Shown here: positions 1-10,504 of the stretch, one piece after another
Layout: the number at the start of each line of letters is the position of its first letter
How positions within the stretch are numbered: the stretch's first letter is position 1
DNA from: an uncultured virus (IMG/VR IMGVR_UViG_3300044911_003846)
Taxonomy: Duplodnaviria; Heunggongvirae; Uroviricota; Caudoviricetes
IMG/VR virus record: IMGVR_UViG_3300044911_003846
Direction: 5' to 3' (one strand)
Length of the DNA: 64,000 bases
Translations under genes and position numbers: made by a program
Notes under the pieces: model-generated
What the model was told of the DNA's origin: nothing
Databases searched by the model: none
Seen by the model: only the letters and a program-made list of their open reading frames with translations

Positions 1-1667
1 GCAGCCATCGGTAAATTCGGTTGCTGCGGATGTGGTGTCCGCATTTCTAGATTTACGAGATCTATAAATGCGGAGTAGGCCCTCTGTACTTCCCCTACCA
101 TTCGGAATGGGAAACCGGAGAGCATGCTCGCGATTTCGTCATCCGTTTTTGAAGGGAATAAATACTTCAGTGCTTCAATGCTATCAACCCCTAATTCCTG
201 TAGGTTTCGGGTAAAGATAGATTGGTTGAGTTTATCCTGGGCCGTATCTTCATAAACAGGACCCATCCAGCGCCAGTTTACAGTGCGATCCCCGTCCGGA
301 GCCAAACCAAGAACACCATCAGGTACTTCCTTGGTTTCAACAGCTTGCTCAATTGCTTTTTGTAATTTTTTCTCGTAATTAACTTTTTGTTTTTCGTACT
401 TAGCTTGGGCAGCTTCGTCGCTCGGGTCTTCTGGTGGGGTTGGATATTTAATTCCCGATGCGTACGCCAGGGATTTCCGGAAGATCTGCTCTTCCTGGAA
501 AATCATTAATTCGAAGCACTTACAAACACCATAGGTGTACAGCATCAGACACTTCTTCTTTGCTGTAGCACTAACACGTCCGTAAGCGGATTTAATCTCA
601 GTGGCGGTCACATTAGTGATACTGAGATCATCAATACCACCTAATGCCAGGCGAATCTCACTGCGGAGCTGCTCAGAGTAACGAGCTTGATCAGTACTGA
701 CCGCATTCGGCGTAATAAAACCGACACGATCGGTTGGCTCCAGGTTGGCAATGACTCTTGGAACGCGCATACCGCTTCCAGGACGACCAATGTAGCCAGG
801 TGGCTGTCGCGTAACGTTGTCTTGCTTGAACGTTGAACTAGACAGGAAGAATTCTGATTGAAAGCCAGACTGGCTCGAAATACTGGGGCGCTGAGCCGGA
901 TCGGTTTCGCTGCTCTCAACAATATCTTGCTTGGGTCGAGATGAGAGCAGTGTCGGGTTACCGAAGAAAGAAAGGTTGGCGCGAATATTTTTGACCATCT
1001 CATCGTGTGCCACGATTTGATTGGCCAACCATTCAAATTCACCGCTGCCTTCAGTTCCAAAGGCATCCGGATTGTTAAAAACTTCAACACAAGGGATGAA
1101 CTCCATTGTGTTTACGACTGTCTTTTTATCAAAAATGCCGTACTCCAACGACGGCATATCAAAGGTAATTTCTTGTTCGCTGTGGAACTCTTCAATTTCA
1201 GTTGCGGTGATGCGCAGACGCATATACCGCTTATCAGTATTTAAGCCAACACCCTGGAAGCCCTTATTGGATTTGACTTTATACGGATAAATGATGATGA
1301 CCTCTTCCAAGTCACCTTCGGTTGAATAATAGGTTCGATATGAATCTTTATCGAACCAGTACAGGCGATAAGTCTTCTTGGTGGGCCGGATGTAAAAAAG
1401 GCCTTTACCGTACGTTAAAAATCGATCCCAAATGGAGTCGAGTCGTGCATCTAATTTATTGAATTTAATGACTTGCTGAATGAAGTCAAATCGCTGCGTA
1501 CCAAAATTATCTTGAGCCGGATAGAATTCGACACCCTGCCGAATCCCAAACATTTTCATTTGGGACAAGTGGGCATTCACCAGCATGGTATCTGCTGGGC
1601 CAGTACCATCCCTTGTGACGACCGCTTTGAGGATGGCGTCGAGGGTGGATTTGGTACTATCGCTCAT
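1..1667 (-). CDS. Probable portal protein (partial, >555 aa, runs off left edge)
   Basis: Absent from the ORF track. Read manually from ATG at 1667 (MSDSTKSTLDAILKAVVTRDGTGPADTMLVNAHLSQMKMFGIRQGVEFYP...), and the same frame is open at the left edge (...EMRTPHPQQPNLPMA). Portal call rests on size and position downstream of terL. Confidence 0.6.
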   Translation of the reverse strand, partial: MSDSTKSTLDAILKAVVTRDGTGPADTMLVNAHLSQMKMFGIRQGVEFYPAQDNFGTQRFDFIQQVIKFNKLDARLDSIWDRFLTYGKGLFYIRPTKKTYRLYWFDKDSYRTYYSTEGDLEEVIIIYPYKVKSNKGFQGVGLNTDKRYMRLRITATEIEEFHSEQEITFDMPSLEYGIFDKKTVVNTMEFIPCVEVFNNPDAFGTEGSGEFEWLANQIVAHDEMVKNIRANLSFFGNPTLLSSRPKQDIVESSETDPAQRPSISSQSGFQSEFFLSSSTFKQDNVTRQPPGYIGRPGSGMRVPRVIANLEPTDRVGFITPNAVSTDQARYSEQLRSEIRLALGGIDDLSITNVTATEIKSAYGRVSATAKKKCLMLYTYGVCKCFELMIFQEEQIFRKSLAYASGIKYPTPPEDPSDEAAQAKYEKQKVNYEKKLQKAIEQAVETKEVPDGVLGLAPDGDRTVNWRWMGPVYEDTAQDKLNQSIFTRNLQELGVDSIEALKYLFPSKTDDEIASMLSGFPFRMVGEVQRAYSAFIDLVNLEMRTPHPQQPNLPMA

Positions 1668-1687
1668 CGGTTTTACTGGATCTCAGT

Positions 1688-1870
1688 TTATTCTTCAATA
1701 TCGTAGCCAGCGGCAATCCGTTTGAGTGTGATTGTGTCATCCTCAACTTCAACGTCAAAACGTTCGTTCGGTTGAAGAGCCATATCATGGCACAGTTCGT
1801 CAGGCAGAGGGATTACTGCGGAACCGTAGGCGTCCTGCTCAAGCTCAATAGTGTAATAGCTGGTGGACAT
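1688..1870 (-). CDS. AbrB/MazE/SpoVT-like DNA-binding protein
   Basis: Pattern 'AVIPLPDELCHDMALQPNERFDVEVEDDTITLKR' fits the swapped-hairpin AbrB fold. Confidence 0.65.
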   Translation of the reverse strand: MSTSYYTIELEQDAYGSAVIPLPDELCHDMALQPNERFDVEVEDDTITLKRIAAGYDIEE

Positions 1871-1928
1871 TGGAAATGGATTCTCCTAGTTTAGGTCCAA
1901 AATACTTTATCCCTATTTACTCCTAAAT

Positions 1929-3452
1929 TTAAAATTCGAGCTCCAGCTTGCCCCTGGTCATTAGGCCATTACAGAGCCAGACGAGAGCGTCGACGCAGTC
2001 GTCGTGCGAGCTAACACCAAAGTTAACGATCTCGTCGGTGAGTGGTCCGAATCTCCGATACTTGTTAAAAATAATTTTCCGCTGCTCAAACAAACCCATA
2101 ATTCCTCGGAAACGAGCGACTTTGTCCCCACGGAATCCTTTGATTGCGTGCCAGTTCATGTTGTACAGTCCGTGGTCTCCCAGACAAATACGTTTAAAAT
2201 CCGCCTCCAAGGATGCCTGATATGCAACTGCTTCAGACCAGATGTCGATATTTGATCCGGTGGGGAAATACCTGTTGTTGTCTTTATGTACAACGCCCCA
2301 CTCTTCCATCATTTCCATGAGGGCTTCTAGTTTCTCCAGGTTGCCCATAATCCGGATTCGTTTGCAGTCGATGATGTGTATCTTCTGCCCCACACGTCCA
2401 CCCATCACGAAGACGGTATAGTCATTCTGTTCACGGATGCCTGCAGATAGGTCAACCCCAACACCCAAAGAATCAAACTGAGTTGCGATTGCACCTTTAA
2501 CAATCAAATCCGGAGACAGAGAAAGCTCACTGGTTTGGACAATTTGATTTTGATACTGGAAACTAAATGCAATTGGCGCTTGTCGACGCCGATCCTGTAG
2601 GTACTCCAGGGACCAGAGGGCTGGCCAATATGATATTTCTTCACCCTCTGAATCAACAGTAATTGCCGATTGGACGATTTGGATCCAGTCATTTGTGGGT
2701 GTGAAGGTAGTGTTGTGGATATCATCATGTCGGAACCGAGTTCCTAGGCAGATGGCTCTCCCACCCTCGAACATAGTCGGAACAATAACTGAGTTCCAGT
2801 TATCTTCCATGGCTGCACGGATGTCCCGATTTTTAATATCATCTGCGGATTTAATTGCGTCATCGATGATACAAAGATGAGATCGCTTGGATGTCACTGC
2901 ACCCTTCAAACCCGCACAACAAACAGTAAACTCTTCTTCACCAGTAGATTTAATACCTGCAAATTTCCAATCGATGCTCCAGTATTCGTTGGAGTTGATT
3001 CCCTTGGCAATCTTTACACTTGGGAAGACTTCCGAGTAAGTCTTACTCTCTTCAATAATTCTTTTAATGGCAGCACTCTTAGGTCGCGCCACATCTACGG
3101 TGTAAGAAATATAAAGGATTTTGAGCGGTTTTTTGGCTAGAGCGTGGATACCAATTGCCCAAGCTGTAAACAAACCCAACACAGTTGATTTTGCTGAACC
3201 CCGTGGAGCCAGAATATCCACATTGGGTCCGGCAATTCCAACCAGACATTCGCTGTCGTCACCGGTGCATAAGTATTGGTGCCACTCTTTGTGGTGAGTC
3301 GCCGGTGGTTTATCTCCAACGACTTCACAAAAATATCCAAAATCTTTTCGAGCCCGCCCTACATCTACAGTTGACGATTGTTTAACAACTCGTTTCTGAG
3401 CCGCAGCCCTAGCGGTGCGACGATAAACGCTGTAGATACTAGTGCCTGCCAT
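1929..3452 (-). CDS. terL: Terminase large subunit
   Basis: Walker A APRGSAKST, Walker B CIIDD, motif III GTRF, nuclease motifs GVDLS, DYTV and HDDCVDA. Confidence 0.93.
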   Translation of the reverse strand: MAGTSIYSVYRRTARAAAQKRVVKQSSTVDVGRARKDFGYFCEVVGDKPPATHHKEWHQYLCTGDDSECLVGIAGPNVDILAPRGSAKSTVLGLFTAWAIGIHALAKKPLKILYISYTVDVARPKSAAIKRIIEESKTYSEVFPSVKIAKGINSNEYWSIDWKFAGIKSTGEEEFTVCCAGLKGAVTSKRSHLCIIDDAIKSADDIKNRDIRAAMEDNWNSVIVPTMFEGGRAICLGTRFRHDDIHNTTFTPTNDWIQIVQSAITVDSEGEEISYWPALWSLEYLQDRRRQAPIAFSFQYQNQIVQTSELSLSPDLIVKGAIATQFDSLGVGVDLSAGIREQNDYTVFVMGGRVGQKIHIIDCKRIRIMGNLEKLEALMEMMEEWGVVHKDNNRYFPTGSNIDIWSEAVAYQASLEADFKRICLGDHGLYNMNWHAIKGFRGDKVARFRGIMGLFEQRKIIFNKYRRFGPLTDEIVNFGVSSHDDCVDALVWLCNGLMTRGKLELEF

Positions 3453-3476
3453 GCCCGTAGCATAGCGTACTAATTT

Positions 3477-3962
3477 TTAAGATTCTTCCTGCAGGATCTT
3501 TGTCCACACACCCATCGAAGCCTCTTGGAGTGGACCTTCAATCGGATCATCTCGGAAAATAGACAACATCTCCCGCAACGCCCGGTCTGCACCAGCAAGG
3601 ATCAAACCCTGTTTGTCGAGGAGGATCTTCTCATCGTTAAGTTGCTTGATTGAGCCTCTAAGTTCTTTCTGCATCATCGCAATGCGAGACGTGCCCATAT
3701 CTTGTTTAACCATCCCCATATCAATTGCCTCACGCAGCTTAAAAATATCCTGCTGCATGGAGTCAATTTCCATTTCTAGAAGACTATTAAAATCCCGTTT
3801 TTTGTATTCTTTTTTAGACCACTCATCACATTCCACGATGCTGCCCGTAAACCCGAGAAATCGGGAATACAGGTACATCTGGATTGGGGAGTTAGTCCGT
3901 TTGCAGAATGTAAGGAAGGATTCTCGGTCTTTGTCTGTTAAACCTTGAATCCAGTCCTTCAT
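3477..3962 (-). CDS. Hypothetical helical protein, possibly terminase small subunit
   Basis: 161 aa, immediately upstream of terL; positional inference only. Confidence 0.4.
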   Translation of the reverse strand: MKDWIQGLTDKDRESFLTFCKRTNSPIQMYLYSRFLGFTGSIVECDEWSKKEYKKRDFNSLLEMEIDSMQQDIFKLREAIDMGMVKQDMGTSRIAMMQKELRGSIKQLNDEKILLDKQGLILAGADRALREMLSIFRDDPIEGPLQEASMGVWTKILQEES

Positions 3963-4777
3963 GATCGATACTGCTGTTGAGCTTGCTCGTAGTCCCTTTG
4001 CTCTTTATAGCGCCGGAACATCTCTTGCTGCAAGTCGGTTAACCGTTGTTCCTGAGCGGTGCGGCCAACAGTTTCGCGCTGTTGCTCACCGGTCGTGACA
4101 ATACCCCGGCGTTCTTCTTCACCACGTACGCGGGTAAGTCCGGTTTCACCAGTGAAGCGTTCGGCCTGAGTCAGACGCTCTTGAGTGCCGGTTGCGGCGA
4201 TCCCTAAGCGCTGCTGCTCACCAGTAAGACCAATTTGCCGCTCTTGACCAGCCAAAAGCTGAGCTTGCGTCAGGCGGGCTTGTTCACCGGTAGCACCAAT
4301 ACCGAGCCGTTCTTGTTCACCACGAGTAATGGCGGTTTGGCGTTCCTGGGCTCCGGTGGCTGCAATGCCTAGACGTTGTTGTTCACCAGTGGCACTGATG
4401 CCAAGACGCTCTTGAGCACCTGCGGTTTCCAGGCCTGCACGATATTGGGAACCGTAAGTGATCATACCCAGCCGCTCCTGTTCACCGCGAGTGAGGGCGG
4501 TTGCACGTTCCTGCTCACCGGTTGCAGCAATCGTCAAACGTTGTTCACCACCAGCAGCCTGAGTCCTTCGGATATCCTGGCCGGCAAAGAACTCGGCATT
4601 CGTGCGGTCCAACTGAGCACCCAACTCCATGTTGAGTCGTTGCTGCGCACCACTAACTTCATTCAGCGCAGTCTGCGTCTGCAGCGATTGAGTCGGCACC
4701 TGGGTAGGGGCCGGCGGCGGGGGCGGCGGGGGCGAATAAACAATTGTCGGAGGAGGAGGTGGTGGTGATCCGCCCAT
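3959..4777 (-). CDS. Putative virion protein with MGG-polyPro N-terminus and 11-aa tandem repeats
   Basis: Repeated GEQ(E/Q)RLxIxAT units; lies in the structural operon. Confidence 0.6.
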   Translation of the reverse strand: MGGSPPPPPPTIVYSPPPPPPPAPTQVPTQSLQTQTALNEVSGAQQRLNMELGAQLDRTNAEFFAGQDIRRTQAAGGEQRLTIAATGEQERATALTRGEQERLGMITYGSQYRAGLETAGAQERLGISATGEQQRLGIAATGAQERQTAITRGEQERLGIGATGEQARLTQAQLLAGQERQIGLTGEQQRLGIAATGTQERLTQAERFTGETGLTRVRGEEERRGIVTTGEQQRETVGRTAQEQRLTDLQQEMFRRYKEQRDYEQAQQQYRS

Positions 4778-4816
4778 GGTTAACGACTCGCTGTTTTCAG
4801 TTTAACGCGGTTTATT

Positions 4817-5425
4817 TCAGGCAACCTGAATGTATTGGCCAGCAAAGCTACCCGCAAAACGCTTGGCGGCTTCTTGTTGAGCTGCGGTAGCCAGCTGACG
4901 CTGTGCTTCGGCACCAGCAGCCGTGGCCATCTGGTTTTGTTTGGATGCCATAATCGCCTGAACATTGCTCGGCATCTGCTCTTTGGTCGCCAGGAAAGAT
5001 TTGCTAGCAGCTAAATTCCTGGCAGTGGATTCAGCGCCAGCAGCGCTCAGGTAAGGATATAAGGAGGCGAGCTGTTCACGAGTTAAGTCTGAAGAAAGTT
5101 TTGCAGCTTCACTCATTTCAGCCATCCGCATCGGACTGATGGCTTTGTAAAAATCCAAGTATTTCTGAACCTCCTGATCCATAGGAGGAATAGCCGATCC
5201 AACCTGACCTTGAAGATCTACATCACGGGAACCCGTGGAGAAATCAGTTCCAATCACTGGGAACGGAATTTTAGAAAAGTCCGTTGTTGGAATCGTTACT
5301 TGTGGTAATTTTTGCGTTTTTTCCTTACCAAAAGCTGGAGCGGGTTCCCGGAAAGGGGCACCCACTGCAAAGCCAGGAATTTTCTGGTAAAAGGGTGACG
5401 CGGGATCGCTCCAGATGGCGGCCAT
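4817..5425 (-). CDS. Putative virion/ejection protein
   Basis: Ala/Gln-rich helical C-terminus; in the structural cluster. Confidence 0.5.
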   Translation of the reverse strand: MAAIWSDPASPFYQKIPGFAVGAPFREPAPAFGKEKTQKLPQVTIPTTDFSKIPFPVIGTDFSTGSRDVDLQGQVGSAIPPMDQEVQKYLDFYKAISPMRMAEMSEAAKLSSDLTREQLASLYPYLSAAGAESTARNLAASKSFLATKEQMPSNVQAIMASKQNQMATAAGAEAQRQLATAAQQEAAKRFAGSFAGQYIQVA

Positions 5426-5426
5426 A

Positions 5427-6260
5427 TCAGCTGTACTGGTATTGTTGGGTTAAAGCTTGACCAGCCTGAGAGGCTGCGGTGAGACCCATCTGCTGGGCAG
5501 CTTGCTGGCTACGCTCAAGCATGTTGGCGGCGGTCATGATGTTCTGGCGAACACCGGCTGCAGCAAGTTGACGCTGGAATTCAGCTTTTTTAGAAGCTTC
5601 ACCAGCTTTCATAACTTCTGGTAGTAATAGCCGCATGGCATCACGTTGTGCCTCTGCGCTCTTCAAGGTTTCTAAACGCTGCGCCATGCCGACGCGGCCA
5701 AGCACATTCAGGGGATCGCTCAAGGTTCCACCAGCACCAAAGGTTCCAACTGGAGGAACGGCGCCACCACCTAACCCCGAGTAATCCACTTCACCCGGTG
5801 CTTGGTAACCAGCGGTTCCGGCACCTAATTGAGCGGCCGTACGCGCAGGGGGAGCAACATTGGACGCAAGGGCGCCAGCCAAGGCAGGCGCACCTAAAAG
5901 GACACCGGTGCCAGCGGCCAATCCACCAATTGCAGCGGGACTAGTTAAGTTGCCGGCGAGAGTACGCATCCCACCGGCACCAGCAGCGGCGGCGGCCCTG
6001 GCGGCTCCTTCTAGCCCCTGTTTACCCAATCCGGATGCGGCACCTGTTAAGCCTCTTGCACCACTCCTTAAAGCTTCAGCACCACTCATCCCTAGGCGCG
6101 AGGCCAAACCGGTTCCACCCAAAGCGGTACCAGCCATTCTTAAACCACCGGGCACGGCAGCACCAAGCCCAGCACCAAGCAGAGTAGCGCCGATATCGCC
6201 GCCGGTTCTACGATACGCTTCAAGACCGCCTAAACCGGCGCCAATAACAGGGAGCAACAT
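5427..6260 (-). CDS. Gly/Ala-rich putative DNA-ejection (pilot-like) protein
   Basis: Glycine-zipper hydrophobic segments followed by an Ala/Gln coiled coil. Confidence 0.55.
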   Translation of the reverse strand: MLLPVIGAGLGGLEAYRRTGGDIGATLLGAGLGAAVPGGLRMAGTALGGTGLASRLGMSGAEALRSGARGLTGAASGLGKQGLEGAARAAAAAGAGGMRTLAGNLTSPAAIGGLAAGTGVLLGAPALAGALASNVAPPARTAAQLGAGTAGYQAPGEVDYSGLGGGAVPPVGTFGAGGTLSDPLNVLGRVGMAQRLETLKSAEAQRDAMRLLLPEVMKAGEASKKAEFQRQLAAAGVRQNIMTAANMLERSQQAAQQMGLTAASQAGQALTQQYQYS

Positions 6261-6300
6261 AATTTGAATCTCTCTTGATTGTTATTTTAGCGGTTGCAAA

Positions 6301-6770
6301 TCAATCAAATAAAGCGCCACCAAGGCCTCCGCCAAGTTGCGAACCTAGTGATGCACCGGCTAAGCCAACACCTGGAATAAATCCGCTGGCAGCCCCAAGT
6401 AAAGCACCACCAATTTGTCCCCATTGAGATTTCTTACCTTCTTGACCTGGCAGGAAAACAGGGCTTAATTGCTGCGGATAAACAACGCCTAAATTCTCTA
6501 ATACTTGACCCCCTCCTCCTTTACTCCATTCACCACCATAGGCACCAAAACCTCTACCAAAACCACCATATTCACCCTGTCGCCGATACTTCGACTCAGG
6601 ATCCATGCCAAGACCAGACGCAAAAGATTTTAAGAAATCTTTTGCTCCAAAACCGCCTGATGCCGGGGATCCAGAAAAACCACCTTCAGACGAAATTGGT
6701 TCGGAAACATTTTTCCAACTTGTATTTGGCATCCTGCTACCAGCAGATCCAAAAAAAGAAGAGCTAGCCA
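6301..6770 (-). CDS. Gly-rich putative virion protein
   Basis: Likely start MASSSFF; C-terminal glycine zipper. Confidence 0.5.
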
Positions 6771-6775
6771 TTAAT

Positions 6776-7315
6776 TCAATATTGAACGGGCGCAAATACT
6801 TGCTTTGATAATCCCATTATATCTAAACCATCGCCGGTTGTTCTTCCAGCAATACCAACCCCCTCCTGGGCCGATTGGCGAGCATTAATCAATTGTAATT
6901 GATGTTGAAATCGCTGTTGATCTAACATTGACTTGGCAACAGACTGATTTGTCATTGGCGAAACCCCGGGTATGTACTGTTGGTTTGCAAATGAAACTTG
7001 TGATCCTTGTCCCCTAAGCGGAAGCGCATATTGAGATTGACCATACATTTCACTAATTAAGCCGGCACCAGCAGCAATGCCTCCTGCCGCCAGGGCCGGA
7101 GCCGCTGCGCCAGCAAGTTTGGCAACCGTTTCGGGATTTCGCCCAGCCAAACTGGCTATTTTTCCGGCAATTCCGGGGGCATCTACAAATTCACGACTGT
7201 TAGTTAAAGCCCCTAAAACCCGTCTTTCAGCAACCTCAGACCCAGTAAGCATTGCGACTTTTAAAAAGTCCCCCAAAGCCTTACCCGCTAATCGTGTGGT
7301 AGTACTAGTAATCAT
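6776..7315 (-). CDS. Putative virion protein
   Basis: 179-aa ORF translationally coupled to its upstream neighbour. Confidence 0.5.
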   Translation of the reverse strand: MITSTTTRLAGKALGDFLKVAMLTGSEVAERRVLGALTNSREFVDAPGIAGKIASLAGRNPETVAKLAGAAAPALAAGGIAAGAGLISEMYGQSQYALPLRGQGSQVSFANQQYIPGVSPMTNQSVAKSMLDQQRFQHQLQLINARQSAQEGVGIAGRTTGDGLDIMGLSKQVFAPVQY

Positions 7316-7776
7316 CCTACTTTTACTCCTTGGCTCGGGAATTTACCAACCGTATCTTCCATTTTACTGTTAGTACCAGTTGTAGCTGGTTGTGTCATCA
7401 GTACTGAAAGCCTCTCTTTTGTAATTGCATCTTCAGGTTTAACCAACCCCCTTTCAATTGCCCCACCAGGTCCACTATATTTGTAGGCAAAATCTCTGGC
7501 AAACCGCGTCGCGTTGTCAGGTAAATCAGTGGCTCCAGCCACATTAATTTTTTGCTGGGAAGCGGCAGCAGTTTCAGCGGAAAAAATATCCGTGTCATAC
7601 ATAGACCCGGCATCGGGATTGTTTTTAATCTGACCTGCAAAGAATCGAGCAAAATCTCTCGGATCAGAAATACGCTCCGCCTCGGGACCCTGCTGAGCTC
7701 CATCTCCAGGTCGACGACCTTCGCGGAACGCTAAATCGTCAAGACCGTAACGTTTGTTGAAAAATGGAGCAACCAT
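7312..7776 (-). CDS. Hypothetical protein (structural cluster)
   Basis: 154-aa ORF, co-oriented and tightly packed. Confidence 0.5.
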   Translation of the reverse strand: MVAPFFNKRYGLDDLAFREGRRPGDGAQQGPEAERISDPRDFARFFAGQIKNNPDAGSMYDTDIFSAETAAASQQKINVAGATDLPDNATRFARDFAYKYSGPGGAIERGLVKPEDAITKERLSVLMTQPATTGTNSKMEDTVGKFPSQGVKVG

Positions 7777-7782
7777 TACGAA

Positions 7783-7995
7783 TTACTTTCCTTTTTTCTT
7801 GCGCAGCTTAGTTAAGGTTTTGGCCAGGTTGGCCTGTTTAACTGTCTTCGGATCGTATTCGTCGGGGTTGGAGGTGACTTTGGCTGCATATTCAGCTGTA
7901 GTCATCCCAGCCTCCTGGGCTTTTTTAGAGAACGCGCCAGGGTGCTTGCTTGTAGCCTCCTGAATCCACTTACCGCCTTCTGCCATGATCCGCAA
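7783..7995 (-). CDS. Small basic phage protein (KHPGAF...RQANLAKTL type)
   Basis: WIQ.A..KHPGAF and QANLAKTL motifs are typical of small basic virion-associated phage proteins; true start may be 7986. Confidence 0.55.
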   Translation of the reverse strand: MRIMAEGGKWIQEATSKHPGAFSKKAQEAGMTTAEYAAKVTSNPDEYDPKTVKQANLAKTLTKLRKKKGK

Positions 7996-8010
7996 ATAAA
8001 AACTATTTTA

Positions 8011-8394
8011 TCAGGAGACAGCGTCTACCTTGGCTGCAATCAGGTGTGCTGCGTGTAACTCAGGGGCAGACGCCTCGAAAGCCCGGACTTTATCGGCAGC
8101 AACTTGAGGCAGCCAATTCTTCGCCATGTCCAGAGCCAGTTTCTTGATCTCGGGACCAGTCAGTTGACCATCTGCAACCGATTCGATTGCCAATTCAAAA
8201 GCCTTGTCCACCTTAGAACCATCCCAACGGGCAAGGTTCTGATCCAGAACGGGGTCGATAATGTCGTAAGCTTTTTTGACAATCGGACCGTATTTTAAAA
8301 GGCGGCTTGCAGTTAAATTTTTGCGAATCAAAGAAGCGGCAGCGGCGGCACCAACACCAAGCAGCATGGCCAAAATCGGCTCGAGAAAAGACAT
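8011..8394 (-). CDS. Hypothetical membrane-anchored protein
   Basis: N-terminal hydrophobic helix. Confidence 0.55.
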   Translation of the reverse strand: MSFLEPILAMLLGVGAAAAASLIRKNLTASRLLKYGPIVKKAYDIIDPVLDQNLARWDGSKVDKAFELAIESVADGQLTGPEIKKLALDMAKNWLPQVAADKVRAFEASAPELHAAHLIAAKVDAVS

Positions 8395-8432
8395 AATCTG
8401 TACCTCAATAAATTAAATCTAACACTCTTGGA

Positions 8433-9908
8433 TTACTGAAGTAGCCCCATGCTGCGACCAGCATTGATAAAGCCGCCGGCGGAATCCTGGCCCTTCACAA
8501 AGGTGCCGCGTTGAATCCGATCAACAAGTTCGTTTACATATTTGGGATCGGCGTCGAAGTTATAAGTTTGCGCTCCAGACTTGGTTTTGTATGTGACCGC
8601 AACTTCATTGGCCGGAGAAACACTAATGTTGTGGATTGGACCCGCAGGGATATCTTGTGAAATCATGCCGCCCGCTTCTTCGCGTGAAGTCCGCATGGCC
8701 TTGGCCTGGCGCAGAAGCTTGGCAGTTGTATCACTAATATCTTCCGATACACGGACTGATTCCGGCTGGCTCGTGACAATCGCCTCTGGTTGTTTTGCTT
8801 TCAGCAGAGCGGTGCCCTGACTCTTCGGCATCAAGCCCAGTGCTTTACGCGCAAACGCTTCTGCTTCCTCACTTTCTGCGGTGCGACGAACTGGTGCAGA
8901 CGCAACGGGAGCGGTGGGGGCCGAAACCACAGAAGCAGGGGCTTCCACCTTGGGGCTCACCATTGCCGTGATCGGGCTCTCAACTGTTGCAGGTTCGGCA
9001 CCAGTGAGACGGGTTTCCGGGGTTGGGCGAACCTTGGTGAAGCTGACAGGTTGGCGAGCACCACCAATTAATTCCTCTGGTTCCATCGAAGCGCCAGCAG
9101 AGCGCATCATCTCAGTGTATTGGGGAGTCTGGCGGAAGCTCTCAGCAGCACGAACAGCACCAACCCCAACAGGGCTAATCCCCTCTTGACGACCTTCTTT
9201 TAAAACATCTTTAAGAGCGCGTTCGCCGCGACCGGCAACCCCGGCAGCGTACTCAGCCACGGACTTCTCAACGCGAGCCTGTTGGCGTTGTTCAGACGCA
9301 ACATTACCGAGAAACTCAGCAATCAAGTCATCCGCACGATCACGGACTGGGGTGTGCGGTGTAGCAGCTTTTGAAAGTTGTTCAACTTCATTGCCAGGGG
9401 TAAAAGTTTGGCTAGAAGTAATGACATGACTCTGAGTAGCGGGCTTCTCTTCGGAATCAACTACGGTTGGCTTTGCTGGAGAAACCCCGCGCATTTCCTG
9501 CATCGTTTGGGTTTGATGCGGAACAATATCTTGACCGTAACGATCAGAAGTGGTCGGCGGAGTTACATCCATCGACGCGGTAACGGCTTGCCCCATGGGG
9601 TTTGAGGCTGGAGGCTGAGCCGGAGGAACTGCGGGCTCGTCATCTAATTGCAGCTTCTTAAATCCTTCACCACCCAAATAAGCCGCGCCAGCAATTAAGC
9701 CTGCACCAAGAGCAGCTTTACCAATAACATCGACAGCCTTGCGCACAGGGCTCATGCCGTAGCCACCGCGACGGCCAATGCCTTTGGTGAACTGATAAAC
9801 CTCTGGCGCGAGCGCCATCCGCTCAGCCGGGGTTTGAGGATATGGATTGCCTGTGAGGTCGGACCAGATTGCAAAGTCCTGCGGAGAAACAGGCATTTTT
9901 ATAAACAC
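8433..9908 (-). CDS. Low-complexity Pro/Ala-rich protein with one TM segment, putative virion protein
   Basis: 491 aa; first gene of the leftward operon; TAAAAT -10-like box near 9925-9930 on the minus strand. Confidence 0.55.
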   Translation of the reverse strand: MFIKMPVSPQDFAIWSDLTGNPYPQTPAERMALAPEVYQFTKGIGRRGGYGMSPVRKAVDVIGKAALGAGLIAGAAYLGGEGFKKLQLDDEPAVPPAQPPASNPMGQAVTASMDVTPPTTSDRYGQDIVPHQTQTMQEMRGVSPAKPTVVDSEEKPATQSHVITSSQTFTPGNEVEQLSKAATPHTPVRDRADDLIAEFLGNVASEQRQQARVEKSVAEYAAGVAGRGERALKDVLKEGRQEGISPVGVGAVRAAESFRQTPQYTEMMRSAGASMEPEELIGGARQPVSFTKVRPTPETRLTGAEPATVESPITAMVSPKVEAPASVVSAPTAPVASAPVRRTAESEEAEAFARKALGLMPKSQGTALLKAKQPEAIVTSQPESVRVSEDISDTTAKLLRQAKAMRTSREEAGGMISQDIPAGPIHNISVSPANEVAVTYKTKSGAQTYNFDADPKYVNELVDRIQRGTFVKGQDSAGGFINAGRSMGLLQ

Positions 9909-10160
9909 ATTATCTAGATATAAGTGATTTTAGATCGAGTAAATACGCTATATTTCTTCCCCCTACCGGCCCTATAAAAACCTCGTTTTTGGGGAAATTT
10001 TCCGGCAGCTATCTGGCCCGCCTGTCACAAAACTTTACATACCAGGAAAAAAAGAAAGGTATGTGACGAGTTGTGACAGAACCCCCGTAACGGTTGGCGA
10101 TGGGCTACAGTGAGGGGACCGAATCGAAAGGTTCGGCGCATCCACCTAGCAAGGAGCAAC

Positions 10161-10454
10161 ATGAGCGCAACCGTGATCGATCCCACCGCGATCCCCGTGG
10201 TCTTCGAGGGCTGGCACCGGGACGGCAGCGACGTGACCCTGTACGCGGTGCAGGTTCTGACGGCCTACCGGATGCTGCCCCTGGCCTCCAAGGGGCTTAA
10301 GTTCCGGGGCGGCGGCCCTGTTCAGTTCTTGAACAAGGCCTTCGGTCGCCGGCAGCCGGCTCACATCTGGGAGGCCCGGCTCAAGCCAGTGGTTGAGCAG
10401 ATCCACCTGGGGCCGCAGCACACTGCTGAGGGTTCCCGCCGCTTCTACGATTGA
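10161..10454 (+). CDS. Early hypothetical protein
   Basis: ATG at 10161 follows the leader repeat (MSATVIDP...). Confidence 0.7.
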   Translation: MSATVIDPTAIPVVFEGWHRDGSDVTLYAVQVLTAYRMLPLASKGLKFRGGGPVQFLNKAFGRRQPAHIWEARLKPVVEQIHLGPQHTAEGSRRFYD

Positions 10455-10504
10455 TCAACCGGGGGCCTTCGGGCCCCTCCACCATCCACCTAGCAAGGAT
10501 CACC

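Noticed and set aside
641..1706. Short ORF-track calls in the first 1.7 kb
   Set aside because: They are shadows of the long minus-strand ORF starting at 1667 that exits the window.
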